DNA of 64,000 bases from an uncultured Nitrospiraceae bacterium (lineage in GTDB: Bacteria > Nitrospirota > Thermodesulfovibrionia > Thermodesulfovibrionales > Dissulfurispiraceae). The DNA lies in contig CAVSHF010000005.1 in the NCBI GenBank assembly GCA_963727805.1, positions 256,001 through 320,000 on the forward strand. Reading direction: 5' to 3'. The position numbers and the translations under genes were made by a program. The notes below the pieces were generated by a model. That model had not been told where the DNA came from. It saw only the letters and a list, made by a program, of their open reading frames with translations, and did not search any database. Within the stretch, counting starts at the first letter, position 1, and each line of letters starts with the position of its first letter. Below, piece after piece: positions 18,912 through 27,426 of this stretch.

Positions 18912-19721
18912 ATGAAATGGACAGGCGCGGCAGAGGACGCGGTATCCCGTGTTCCTTTTTTTGTTCGCAACAAGGTTAAGAGGCGAGTAGAAGAGGAGGC
19001 CGGGCGGCTGGGAAGCAGCGCAGTAACCATTGAGCACGTGCAGACCTGTCAGACAAGATATTTGAACACCATGCATGAGGAAGTCAAGGGGTTCCAGGTA
19101 GAAGCCTGCTTTGGCCCCTCAGGTTGCCCTAACAGGGCCGGCATGGAGAATGGGTTGGCCGAGCAAATCGAGAAAGTGCTTGCAGGAAAGGACCTGAAGT
19201 CATCTCTTAAGGAAAAGGTTAAAGGCCCGCTCAAGCTTCATCATGAATTCCGGGTCTCCATTTCTGAATGTCCTAATGCATGTTCGCGACCCCAAATTGC
19301 CGACGTCGGTCTAATCGGGGCGCGTCTGCCTGCTGTCTCGGATAGCCCCTGCAACAGATGCGGTGCCTGCGTAAAGTCCTGCCGCGAAAATGCAATAATA
19401 ATTGAGGACACGGCAGCAGAACCACTTATCGATTATATGAAATGCCTCTCATGCGGCAAGTGCATTTTCGCATGCCCATCGGGGACGCTCATGGAGACCC
19501 AGACAGGGTGGCGTATACTTATCGGCGGCAAACTTGGCAGGCATCCGCAACTCGCAAGAGAACTTACCGGTATTATCCCCAGTGACCAAGCGTTGCTTGT
19601 CATTGAGAGATGCATCGATTTCTATATGGCGCGCAATCTTGAAGGAGAGAGGTTAGGCGAAGTGATTAATCGCACGGGGGTCGAAGCGATCAAAGATTTT
19701 CTGGAAAACGGGCGTTTTTGA
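18912..19721 (+). CDS. Nitrite/sulfite reductase-like 4Fe-4S protein (PCP_red-like N-terminus, siroheme-type Cys motifs, ferredoxin insert)
   Basis: WT..AE..V.RVPFFVR; CFGPSGC; CPNAC; two CxxCxxCxxxC motifs; GGKLGRHP. Confidence 0.8.
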   Translation: MKWTGAAEDAVSRVPFFVRNKVKRRVEEEAGRLGSSAVTIEHVQTCQTRYLNTMHEEVKGFQVEACFGPSGCPNRAGMENGLAEQIEKVLAGKDLKSSLKEKVKGPLKLHHEFRVSISECPNACSRPQIADVGLIGARLPAVSDSPCNRCGACVKSCRENAIIIEDTAAEPLIDYMKCLSCGKCIFACPSGTLMETQTGWRILIGGKLGRHPQLARELTGIIPSDQALLVIERCIDFYMARNLEGERLGEVINRTGVEAIKDFLENGRF

Positions 19722-19731
19722 TCTAAGTCAA
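19718..19731 (+). promoter_or_regulatory. Fnr/HcpR-type binding box 2
   Basis: TTGAT-CTAA-GTCAA (13/14 identical to box 1); TAAAAT at 19754-19759 gives -41.5 class II spacing. Confidence 0.75.
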
Positions 19732-19794
19732 GGCACAGAGGTGATCGCTGTTTTAAAATAATAAGTAAGAAAAGATTAAATCCTGGAGGACAAA

Positions 19795-20544
19795 ATGAAA
19801 ACACTGAGAAAGATAATTGAGATCGATGACAATCTGTGTAACGGATGCGGAGAGTGTATCCCTAACTGCGCCGAAGGGGCGCTTCAGATAGTGGACGGGA
19901 AGGTCCGGATGATATCTGAAATATATTGCGATGGGTTGGGGGCCTGTCTTGGCCACTGTCCTCAGGGCGCATTAAAAATTACCGAGAGGGAAGCCGAGGA
20001 ATTTAACGAAGATGCGGTTGAGCACTTACTCAAACAGCAGGAGCAAAAGAATAAAGCACCTCAGGCTCCATTACATGCCGGATGCCCCGGGAGCAGGCTT
20101 CATACATTTAAGTCACCGTGTCAGGAGGCCAACAGCCCTGTGAGTCATGCAAGGGGGGGTTCGGCACTTACCCACTGGCCTGTCCAAGTCAGGTTGGTGC
20201 CGCCGACGGCGCCGTTTCTTAAGGGTGCTCATCTGCTTGTGGCGGCCGATTGCACAGCTTATTCTTATCCGGATTTCCATGGTGACCTGCTCGAAGGTAA
20301 GGCGCTCATGATAGGGTGTCCAAAATTTGATGATGCACAAGAATACGTTAACAAATTCGTAGAGATATTCAAAATCGCCGGGATTAAAAAAGTAACGGTT
20401 GTCGACATGGAAGTCCCCTGCTGTTCGAAATTGCCACTGCTCGTCAAGAAGGCGATGGAGATTTCGGGCAAAGATGTCCCTATGGAAGAGGTTATCATCG
20501 GCATCCGGGGAGATGTGCTTAAACGCATCCAGCATGCCGCGTAA
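19795..20544 (+). CDS. FrdX-like 4Fe-4S dicluster protein
   Basis: CNGCGECIPNC.EGA, CDGLGACLGHCP, GCPG, WPVQ, AADC, GCPKFD, MEVPCC. Confidence 0.85.
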   Translation: MKTLRKIIEIDDNLCNGCGECIPNCAEGALQIVDGKVRMISEIYCDGLGACLGHCPQGALKITEREAEEFNEDAVEHLLKQQEQKNKAPQAPLHAGCPGSRLHTFKSPCQEANSPVSHARGGSALTHWPVQVRLVPPTAPFLKGAHLLVAADCTAYSYPDFHGDLLEGKALMIGCPKFDDAQEYVNKFVEIFKIAGIKKVTVVDMEVPCCSKLPLLVKKAMEISGKDVPMEEVIIGIRGDVLKRIQHAA

Positions 20545-20599
20545 TGGCAATGAATGATCGGCTAGCTTCCTTATATTGTCACTTTGCAGCTATTGATGT

Positions 20600-20636
20600 A
20601 GTAAGGGGGGTATGGCACTTGCCGTAGCCCCTTACT
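20600..20636. terminator. Imperfect hairpin downstream of the frdX-like gene
   Basis: AGTAAGGGG..TATGGCA-ct-TGCCGTA.CCCCTTACT. Confidence 0.5.
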
Positions 20637-20896
20637 GAATAAATAGATATGAGCGCAACCAGAGTTAACCAGAACACCGATGGTTATTGTGCTTGGTGGC
20701 TCTTGGCTGAGTGGAGCAAATCCACTGTCCGCACATATTCTTGGCCGGGCCGGATTTGTGATATGACGTATGTTGACGTGGCGGGTAAACGACGATAATT
20801 TTAGCCATACATTTCAGTTTGTCAACTTGGGGATTAAAGTCCACACAGAGGGATGATTCTGGTTCTAAAACTTCTTTCAAATCTTTAAAATACTAG

Positions 20897-20984
20897 TGGT
20901 GCAGGTACCGAGAGTCGAACTCGGACAGGGGGTTAACCTACCAGATCCTAAGTCTGGCGCGTCTGCCAATTCCGCCATACCTGC
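20897..20984 (-). tRNA. tRNA-Leu (anticodon TAG), CCA encoded
   Basis: Acceptor GCAGGTA/TACCTGC-A-CCA, D-arm TGGCGGAATTGGCAGACGCG, anticodon arm CCAGA-CTTAGGA-TCTGG, long variable arm, GTTCGA T-loop. Confidence 0.97.
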
Positions 20985-21342
20985 ATCCATAATGTTAACA
21001 CATTTTATTCAGGGGGTGCCCGCAGTGGGATCGTCACACCTTGTGCTGATGAAGGCAGCGGGGAAAGACTTGCATGCTTTGTATAACGCGACAATATCAG
21101 TCCCGTGCGTACTGGCATAGGACATCACTTTCTAAAATCAAATAATAGTTGAGTGATTAGGCTAGTTTCAGGATATTGATGAAAATATTATTGTTCCTGA
21201 CAATAACCTTGTAATGGCTTCTCTGCTCAAACGATTACGATTACTCACAGACCCTGGGTTATTAAAAGGTAGAAGGCAAGTCCCCTAATCGGGTATGTTG
21301 TATCTGGACAGAAGCAATATACCGACAGAAGGAGGATTTGCC

Positions 21343-21515
21343 ACGAATAAGGTTAGCAAACTTGATTTTGAGAGTCAACAGATTTATGTCGGGATGGATG
21401 TTCACGAGAAGAGCTGGAGCGTTAGTATCTTTACGGATACGTTTGAACATAAGACCTTTACGCAGCCTCCTGAGGTGGGCACGCTGGTGAATTATCTCAA
21501 ACGCAATTTCCGTGG
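21343..21515 (+). pseudogene. IS110 family transposase N-terminal remnant
   Basis: IYVGMDVHEKSWSVSI matches the IS110 RuvC-like N-terminus; about 57 codons; ACG rather than ATG after the GGAGG RBS; cut off by the convergent gene. Confidence 0.75.
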
Positions 21516-21528
21516 TTTATACGGCCTT

Positions 21529-22509
21529 CTAGGGCCTTATTTCAACAATCGTACCATTTGGCGCTAACTTGTCAATCTCCTCTATTTCTTCGTCTGTAAC
21601 GGCGATACACCCTTTCGTCCAGTCAATCTCTGTGTGAAAATCACCGACCCACGAGAAACCATTCTTAATGCCGTGAATCATGATGTCTCCGCCCGGAGAA
21701 ACACCAAGTTCTTTTGCTCGCTTTTTGTCTTTCTCGTTTGGATAGGAAAGGTGAAGAGATAGGTGATAACGGCTGTCCTTGTTTCTTGAATCGATAACGT
21801 AGGTTCCCTCCGGGGTTTTGTTATCGCCTTGCCTTTCCTTTGGACCATCCGGGTTCCCCCCCAAGGCTATTTTGTAAGTCTTGAGCCCCTTGCCTTTTGA
21901 GATCACTGTCAATCGTCGTTCTTTTTTTTCTATCAGAATCTTATCTGCCGTTCCCTTCTGTATTGCAAAAACCTCTTTTTGCAGTGTACTAATCTCATTC
22001 TCTTTGCTCTTCACCTCTTGTTCAAGTGCTTCAATCTTTTTTTGCAGTGTACTAATCTCATTCCCTTTGCTTTTAACCTCATGTTGGAGAGTTTCAATCT
22101 GTGTTTGCTGCGTAGCAATCGTCTTATCCTTGATAAGGACATTATTGATCTGAAATATCATCATCTCACTGTCCTTCCTGTACCCACTCTCCGGGTAATC
22201 CTTTATGAGTTTCTGGAAACATTCCAGAGATCTTTGATAATCTCTTTGCTCATTTCTAGGATACGCATAAATAATACCCATCTCGAAAAGAACCCTGTCT
22301 CCCGCCGTGGGATATTTTTCACTAATCTGCTCATATTTGCTCAGAGAGGCCTTGTAGCTTCCCTGGCTGAAAAGATCATTCGCTTCTTTGAAGGTTGCCT
22401 GAAATCCCTCATTAAAGTGACTGCATCCGCATATGAGAAGCGGTGTTATAATGATGCAGACAAAGAAAAAGTAAAAATGCTCACCTATCCTACTTTGCTT
22501 TTTACCCAT
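21529..22509 (-). CDS. YafK/DpaA-like YkuD-family lipoprotein with TPR-like and coiled-coil stalk
   Basis: Lipobox ICGC; TPR-like N-terminus; GPK..QGD.KTPEG.Y; IMIHG...WTKGCIAV catalytic His/Cys. Confidence 0.85.
   Translation of the reverse strand: MGKKQSRIGEHFYFFFVCIIITPLLICGCSHFNEGFQATFKEANDLFSQGSYKASLSKYEQISEKYPTAGDRVLFEMGIIYAYPRNEQRDYQRSLECFQKLIKDYPESGYRKDSEMMIFQINNVLIKDKTIATQQTQIETLQHEVKSKGNEISTLQKKIEALEQEVKSKENEISTLQKEVFAIQKGTADKILIEKKERRLTVISKGKGLKTYKIALGGNPDGPKERQGDNKTPEGTYVIDSRNKDSRYHLSLHLSYPNEKDKKRAKELGVSPGGDIMIHGIKNGFSWVGDFHTEIDWTKGCIAVTDEEIEEIDKLAPNGTIVEIRP
21976..22100. repeat. 63-bp tandem duplication (21 aa) in the coiled coil
   Basis: IETLQHEVKSKGNEISTLQKK / IEALEQEVKSKENEISTLQKE; near-identical DNA units starting at 21976 and 22039. 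Confidence 0.85.
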
Positions 22510-22730
22510 ATACGCCTTCGTGTTTGTGAATAATATGTTTGATGATCACAGAACTATTCCTCTTTCTGATATATCCAAAACATGTACCACATTATAAGTT
22601 AAATTCTGCAATGTTTTCATTATTACCGTTTGAAATGTAATATGGATCGGTATCGTGCTGAGAGCCTGATGCCCTGGTTTGAAAGATTAACTGCTTGAAT
22701 AGTCCAGACAACCTTGAACGGTGAAAGCAT

Positions 22731-22768
22731 AAGGAAGTGGCAGGGTCTCAAAACCCTGCCACTTCCTT
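22731..22768 (-). terminator. 16-bp stem-loop downstream of the Lpp-like gene
   Basis: AAGGAAGTGGCAGGGT / ACCCTGCCACTTCCTT. Confidence 0.7.
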
Positions 22769-22814
22769 TCCGGAGCAGTAAAAGCTAAAGTTAACAGCTC
22801 CCCATAAAATTGAC

Positions 22815-23159
22815 TTACTTCTTCATTGATTTCTGGAACATGGCGTCAGTCTTCTTCGCCTTTTCATCTGCGATCTGCGCCTTTTCATCGGCGATCTGCG
22901 CCTTTTCATCTGCGATCTTCTCCCTTTCCTCTGCCATCTTTAGAGCATTTTCGGCGCGGGTTGCTGCAGCCTCTGCCTTTAACGTGGCCGCATCAGCTGC
23001 CGCCTTGGCAGCCTGCGCATCCTGCGCGGCCTGATCAGCTTTCGCACCAGTCATCATTTGCTGCGACTGAACTTTTTCGAGATCACCTTTTGTTGCACAA
23101 CCTACCACAGTAACAGCAAGAACAAGCATCATTAAGATCACCAAAAGACTCTTCTTCAT
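22815..23159 (-). CDS. Lpp/OprI-family alanine-zipper lipoprotein ending in Lys
   Basis: Lipobox VVGC; Ala-rich heptads; C-terminal SMKK; strong AGGAGGT RBS; adjacent to L,D-transpeptidases. Confidence 0.85.
   Translation of the reverse strand: MKKSLLVILMMLVLAVTVVGCATKGDLEKVQSQQMMTGAKADQAAQDAQAAKAAADAATLKAEAAATRAENALKMAEEREKIADEKAQIADEKAQIADEKAKKTDAMFQKSMKK
22857..22919. repeat. 3 x 21-bp tandem repeat (heptad QIADEKA)
   Basis: CGCCTTTTCATC(T/G)GCGATCT(G/T) three times. Confidence 0.9.
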
Positions 23160-23254
23160 CGTCTAATCACCTCCTTTCTGTTCAGGTTATTTCATTATTA
23201 CGCGGTGCTTCAACAAGCTATGTGGCATGAACGTGTAAGGAAAGACTGGAACGA

Positions 23255-24547
23255 CTATCTCTTCTTGACAGGTTCAATCAACATACCATCTATTTCCAAG
23301 TCAATTTTCAAGCGTTTGATCGCATCTTTGGCCTCTCTGACATCATTGAAAGGACCAGCGACAACACGGTAGCTCCCGTTCTTTGATAACACCCTTGCCG
23401 GGATTTGTGGACCCTGATGGTTGATAATGGCGGCAAGCCTCAAGGCATCAATCTCGTCAGGCAAGTCAGAAGCCAAAACAGACCACGCATCTGATTTCAG
23501 TTCCGGTATTTCTGGTCTGCCATATAATTCCCCCGGGTGCTTGACTTCTATGGCTTCTCCAACCCCTTTTCCACTTCCTTGCCTGATCTCGAATATAGGG
23601 ACAGGAATCCCCCGGGCCTCAGCCAATACTTGCTTAACTTTGCTCCAGTCAAGCGTGCGCCCCGATTCTTTTTCAATATTTCTCAATTTTGTATATATCT
23701 TATCAAACCCATCAGAGGCCAAGTCTTCCGCGGGCGCATGAACTTCCATGTAAAGTACTCCATTAGATTGACCAAGGAGATATGGCTGGTTAACGATGCT
23801 TACAGGTGTTTTCACCGGAGTGTTCTCATAAAGTTTCTTCACGTCTTCTGGATAGAGTCTTATGCAGCCATTGGTTGCCCTAAGACCAATGCTGGCCGGT
23901 TTATTAGTGCCATGCATCAAATAACTCGACTTACTTAAATATAGTGCGTATTCTCCCAAGGGATTTAGAGGTCCCGGCAGAACTGCGGCAGGCAGAGGAT
24001 CTCCTTTTTTCAGATGATCCTTAGCAATTGAGGCAGGCACATGCCAGGTTGGCCGGGGTACCTTGTGCTCCACATACATTTGACCTGTGGGCGACGGTCG
24101 CTCTTCGGTACCGACACCGACCGGATAGGTCAACACCACCAGTGACTCACTATCTCCTTTAAATTGAAAAAGCCTCATTGCGGCTAAGTTGATCACGATG
24201 CCTTTTCTAGGAGCGTCCGGCAGGATAAAACTCAAAGGCAACAGGATACGTTGTCCGGCCTCGGGCACCCATATGTCTACTCCTGGATTAGCTGCACTGA
24301 CCGCATTGATTCCCAGGCTGAAGTGCCTTGCAATATCCGGCAGCGTATCCCCCTTTTCAAGACTGATGAACGCTAACCGACCGATGACACCATCCCCTTT
24401 TGCAACTGAAAACTGATTGGGCTGCTGGTATTCCTCATGAACGATTTTCGTTGTAGTAGCACATCCAAGGAGAGATAAGATGACGATAAAAAGAGCTATA
24501 AGCCGAAGCCTAGTGGATAAGAGTGACAGGTCAATGATTCGGCACAT
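23255..24547 (-). CDS. ErfK/YbiS/YcfS-type L,D-transpeptidase with LysM-like and C-terminal SPOR domains
   Basis: Lipobox LLGC; GDTL.DIAR; GIVINLAAMRL; PGPLNPLG; YLMHG...TNGCIRL; YRVVAGPF. Confidence 0.9.
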   Translation of the reverse strand: MCRIIDLSLLSTRLRLIALFIVILSLLGCATTTKIVHEEYQQPNQFSVAKGDGVIGRLAFISLEKGDTLPDIARHFSLGINAVSAANPGVDIWVPEAGQRILLPLSFILPDAPRKGIVINLAAMRLFQFKGDSESLVVLTYPVGVGTEERPSPTGQMYVEHKVPRPTWHVPASIAKDHLKKGDPLPAAVLPGPLNPLGEYALYLSKSSYLMHGTNKPASIGLRATNGCIRLYPEDVKKLYENTPVKTPVSIVNQPYLLGQSNGVLYMEVHAPAEDLASDGFDKIYTKLRNIEKESGRTLDWSKVKQVLAEARGIPVPIFEIRQGSGKGVGEAIEVKHPGELYGRPEIPELKSDAWSVLASDLPDEIDALRLAAIINHQGPQIPARVLSKNGSYRVVAGPFNDVREAKDAIKRLKIDLEIDGMLIEPVKKR

Positions 24548-24693
24548 GGGTCAAATAAAGGTCCTTTCTTTAATGAAGAAAATTTTATAAATCATTTTTC
24601 AGTACAGCACTGGATCGTATTGATGCGCAAAGGCGCCATCCCATCGCAAGAGCATGAGGGGAACCGACCTGCTCAGGATGGACTCGCAAAGAT

Positions 24694-24951
24694 TTATTTC
24701 AGTTGTAGTGCTCCCGCTGCACCCTTAATGTCGTCGTCTGTAAGTGACTTGTGCATGCCATTCTTAGGCCCCTCTTTCAGCGCCTTCATTAGATCTGCAG
24801 CCGTACCGATCTTTGCCTTTGCAATCATCTTGTCCGGTGCTTTATCACCCTTGTGGCACTTCTCACACTTATCAAGACCTGCGGCGAACCCGAAAGAGGC
24901 AATACTTAGACTGACAATAACTGTTACAACGAATGCGAGACAATTCTTCAT
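24694..24951 (-). CDS. Small periplasmic monoheme cytochrome c
   Basis: Signal peptide, CEKCH, distal GMH, GGAGG RBS. Confidence 0.8.
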   Translation of the reverse strand: MKNCLAFVVTVIVSLSIASFGFAAGLDKCEKCHKGDKAPDKMIAKAKIGTAADLMKALKEGPKNGMHKSLTDDDIKGAAGALQLK

Positions 24952-25135
24952 TCTGTTGCCTCCTATCAGAAATATTTAAATGTTTAAAGAGCAAACTCGG
25001 TCACTCTTTATGCTATTTAAGCATAAGGTCGGTTTATTAAAATTAAATGAAATATTTATGAAGATATCTTCATTTGAAACTCAATGCACAGCATATAGAA
25101 GAACATATCAAAGATGTATAGAGATTGATATCCAC

Positions 25136-25168
25136 AACACGTCAAATCGAAGATAGCAGTTTCTTTTG
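25136..25168 (+). repeat. Direct repeat copy 1 (33 bp) flanking the MFS gene
   Basis: AACACGTCaaaTCGAAgATAgCAGTTTCTTTTG; 28/33 identical to 26616-26648. Confidence 0.7.
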
Positions 25169-25352
25169 GAAAATAACGTCTAGGCTGAGATGCCAAGGGT
25201 GCTGAGGTGCAGTCAATATGTGTCCCGCGAACAGCGTTAATCTAGACGACGTGGAAATATTACATGATGTCACTGTTCACAATACATCTGTCTTATAAAG
25301 TTTGCCTTAGCAAAAAATCTGCACCATCCGGAGGGGATGTACCTTCTTAGGC

Positions 25353-26522
25353 TTAATTCTGAGCAATTCCGTTAGAATCCAACCGCATAAGCAGAAACCC
25401 GCAGACAAGTACAAATGCGCTCAATACAAAAGGCAAAAAAGTCTTAAACGGGAAAAGAAGCCCAGCAAGTAGGGGCCCGCAAATAGTCGCCACCGACAGC
25501 ACGGAAGACATAACACCCAGAACTTCTCCTCTTCTACGGTTGCCAGCCGATCCGGCTGTCCGGCTCGTCAGGACGACGCGCAAAAGCGACTGACTGAATA
25601 CGTTCAGCAAAATTCCCGCTATAAAAAAGTAGATGGATGGGATTACAAGTAAAGAGAATCCGATTGCATTGCAAAGGAATGTCCAGACTTCCAAAGTCGA
25701 CTCTTTAAAACGTCGGAGCCAGAATCCGCGTAACAAAAAAGTCTGGTTAAGAAATATGGCTATCCCCATGCCGGTATAAATTGTTCCAACCATAACGGAG
25801 TTAAACCCATAAACCTTACTCATGTAAAGTGCAAATATCGATTGCATGCCCGAAAAAGCCGTCCCAAAACAGAACCAGGCTACATATCTGCTTCTAAGTG
25901 ACCTGTCGTAAGCCGCACTCAACAAGGGACGCACCGGATTAAATATTATTTTTCTCCCTCTATCCATGTGCTTATGGGATTCCGGTAGGAAGAAAAGCGC
26001 CCCGATTACATTAACCGTAGCCATAGCACCCACAAAATAAAATGGGAGTGCATGGGAAATAGAACTGAGCGCAGCTCCGACTGCAGGCCCTGCGATAAAA
26101 GCGATGCCAAAAACCGATCCGATGATCCCCAGGTTGGTTGTGCGCTCTTTTTCATCTCCTGCAATGTCCACCAGATAACTCTGGGCTATCGGCAGGTTCC
26201 CTGCCGCCATGCCATCGATTACGCGCCCCAGGAATAATACCCAGACAGTGTGCGCGGAAGCAAAAACAAACCAACCAATGGCTGTGCTGATTATGCTTGT
26301 GATTAAAATCGGACGCCTCCCCACTTTGTCAGACAGAGTCCCCAAAAAAGGTGCGCTCACAAAAGAGAAAAAAGAGAAGACGGAAAAAAGCATTGTCAGC
26401 GTGAGGGCCGATGCGCCAAAGCTTTCCACATAAAAAGGAAGCACCGGGATTATAATTGCCAACCCAAGGACGTCTATGAACACTGTCATGACAATAATGA
26501 TTTTTTCTTTTGGTATTTTCAT
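25353..26522 (-). CDS. MFS transporter, TetA/DHA1-like
   Basis: About 12 TM segments; motif A G.LSDKVGRRP; FIAGPAVG. Confidence 0.9.
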   Translation of the reverse strand: MKIPKEKIIIVMTVFIDVLGLAIIIPVLPFYVESFGASALTLTMLFSVFSFFSFVSAPFLGTLSDKVGRRPILITSIISTAIGWFVFASAHTVWVLFLGRVIDGMAAGNLPIAQSYLVDIAGDEKERTTNLGIIGSVFGIAFIAGPAVGAALSSISHALPFYFVGAMATVNVIGALFFLPESHKHMDRGRKIIFNPVRPLLSAAYDRSLRSRYVAWFCFGTAFSGMQSIFALYMSKVYGFNSVMVGTIYTGMGIAIFLNQTFLLRGFWLRRFKESTLEVWTFLCNAIGFSLLVIPSIYFFIAGILLNVFSQSLLRVVLTSRTAGSAGNRRRGEVLGVMSSVLSVATICGPLLAGLLFPFKTFLPFVLSAFVLVCGFLLMRLDSNGIAQN

Positions 26523-26615
26523 GATGCTATTAATAATAGAGGAAATTCACAGCTTGCCGTCAACACAATCTGACCAGTTTCTAGAGGCATTATGTTCAGA
26601 AAGTACATCTTGCTT

Positions 26616-26648
26616 AACACGTCTGCTCGAAAATAACAGTTTCTTTTG
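26616..26648 (+). repeat. Direct repeat copy 2 (33 bp) flanking the MFS gene
   Basis: AACACGTCtgcTCGAAaATAaCAGTTTCTTTTG. Confidence 0.7.
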
Positions 26649-26805
26649 AACTCAACATTATTAGCGCGATTTCTGGAGTATTTGGTATCAGAGACTATGA
26701 TAGATGGTTAAGTTTTTGTGATATAGCTCTTCCCGCGCTCTATTCTAAGAACTTAGCCTCTTGCCTGTCCGACAGTTGACTCACTCTATGCCGTGGCGGT
26801 AAACT

Positions 26806-27426
26806 ATGCCAATGGAAAAAAAGATACTCAAAGCCTTTGCTGATAGCGCATTAGTGAAGGATAAATTCGTCAAATCCCATCTCTCTATAATCGCCGATGT
26901 TTCGAGTATGATCGCCGAGGCCTTCAGCGAGGGGAATAAATTGTACCTGTTCGGAAACGGAGGCAGCGCTTGCGACGCCTCGCATATCACGGCTGAATTC
27001 GTCAATCGGTTTAAAAAGGACAGGCCTGGGCTACCCGCAATAGCGTTAAATACCGATATGGCGGTCTTGACATCAATTGCCAATGACTATGACTACTCGG
27101 ATATCTTCGCGCGGCAGCTCAAAACGTTCGCAGAGCCCGGTGATATCGCCATCGCCATCAGCACAAGCGGAGGCTCGAAAAATATCATTAAGGCAGTGGA
27201 AGTAGGGAAAAAGAAGGGACTAAAGACAATAGCGTTTACCGGGTTGAAGGGGACTAAGTTCGCCTCAAAGTGCGATTATGCCTTCGTGGTCCCCTCGGAA
27301 GATACGCCGAGAATACAGGAAGTCCATATAACCCTCGGCCACGTCATATGCCAGATCGTCGAGGAGATACTCTTTGAGGCCCCGAGGCAGGCGAGTTCGT
27401 CCAAGGGTGCGGCCGGAAGCCAGTAA
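26806..27426 (+). CDS. gmhA: D-sedoheptulose 7-phosphate isomerase (SIS domain)
   Basis: GNGGSACDA.H, NDY, ISTSG, TPRIQE.H. Confidence 0.88.
   Translation: MPMEKKILKAFADSALVKDKFVKSHLSIIADVSSMIAEAFSEGNKLYLFGNGGSACDASHITAEFVNRFKKDRPGLPAIALNTDMAVLTSIANDYDYSDIFARQLKTFAEPGDIAIAISTSGGSKNIIKAVEVGKKKGLKTIAFTGLKGTKFASKCDYAFVVPSEDTPRIQEVHITLGHVICQIVEEILFEAPRQASSSKGAAGSQ

Noticed and set aside
18912..19721. Selenocysteine read-through at TGA stops of redox genes
   Set aside because: The TGA codons fall at expected C-termini; I saw no conserved downstream continuation or SECIS-like hairpin
20665..20880. 71-aa minus-strand ORF after the tRNA
   Set aside because: TTG start without RBS, no recognisable motif, and it contains a promoter-like sequence
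20897..20925. tRNA-Leu 3' end as the attachment site of an integrated island
   Set aside because: I found no second copy of the tRNA 3' end and no integrase in the window; an att copy outside the window cannot be excluded
21046..21070. CTGATGA...GAAA hammerhead ribozyme-like core
   Set aside because: The intervening bases cannot form stem II and no flanking stems are evident
25290..25352. Integron attC site after the MFS gene
   Set aside because: GCCTAAG deviates from the RYYYAAC core and no matching GTTRRRY with a paired stem was found
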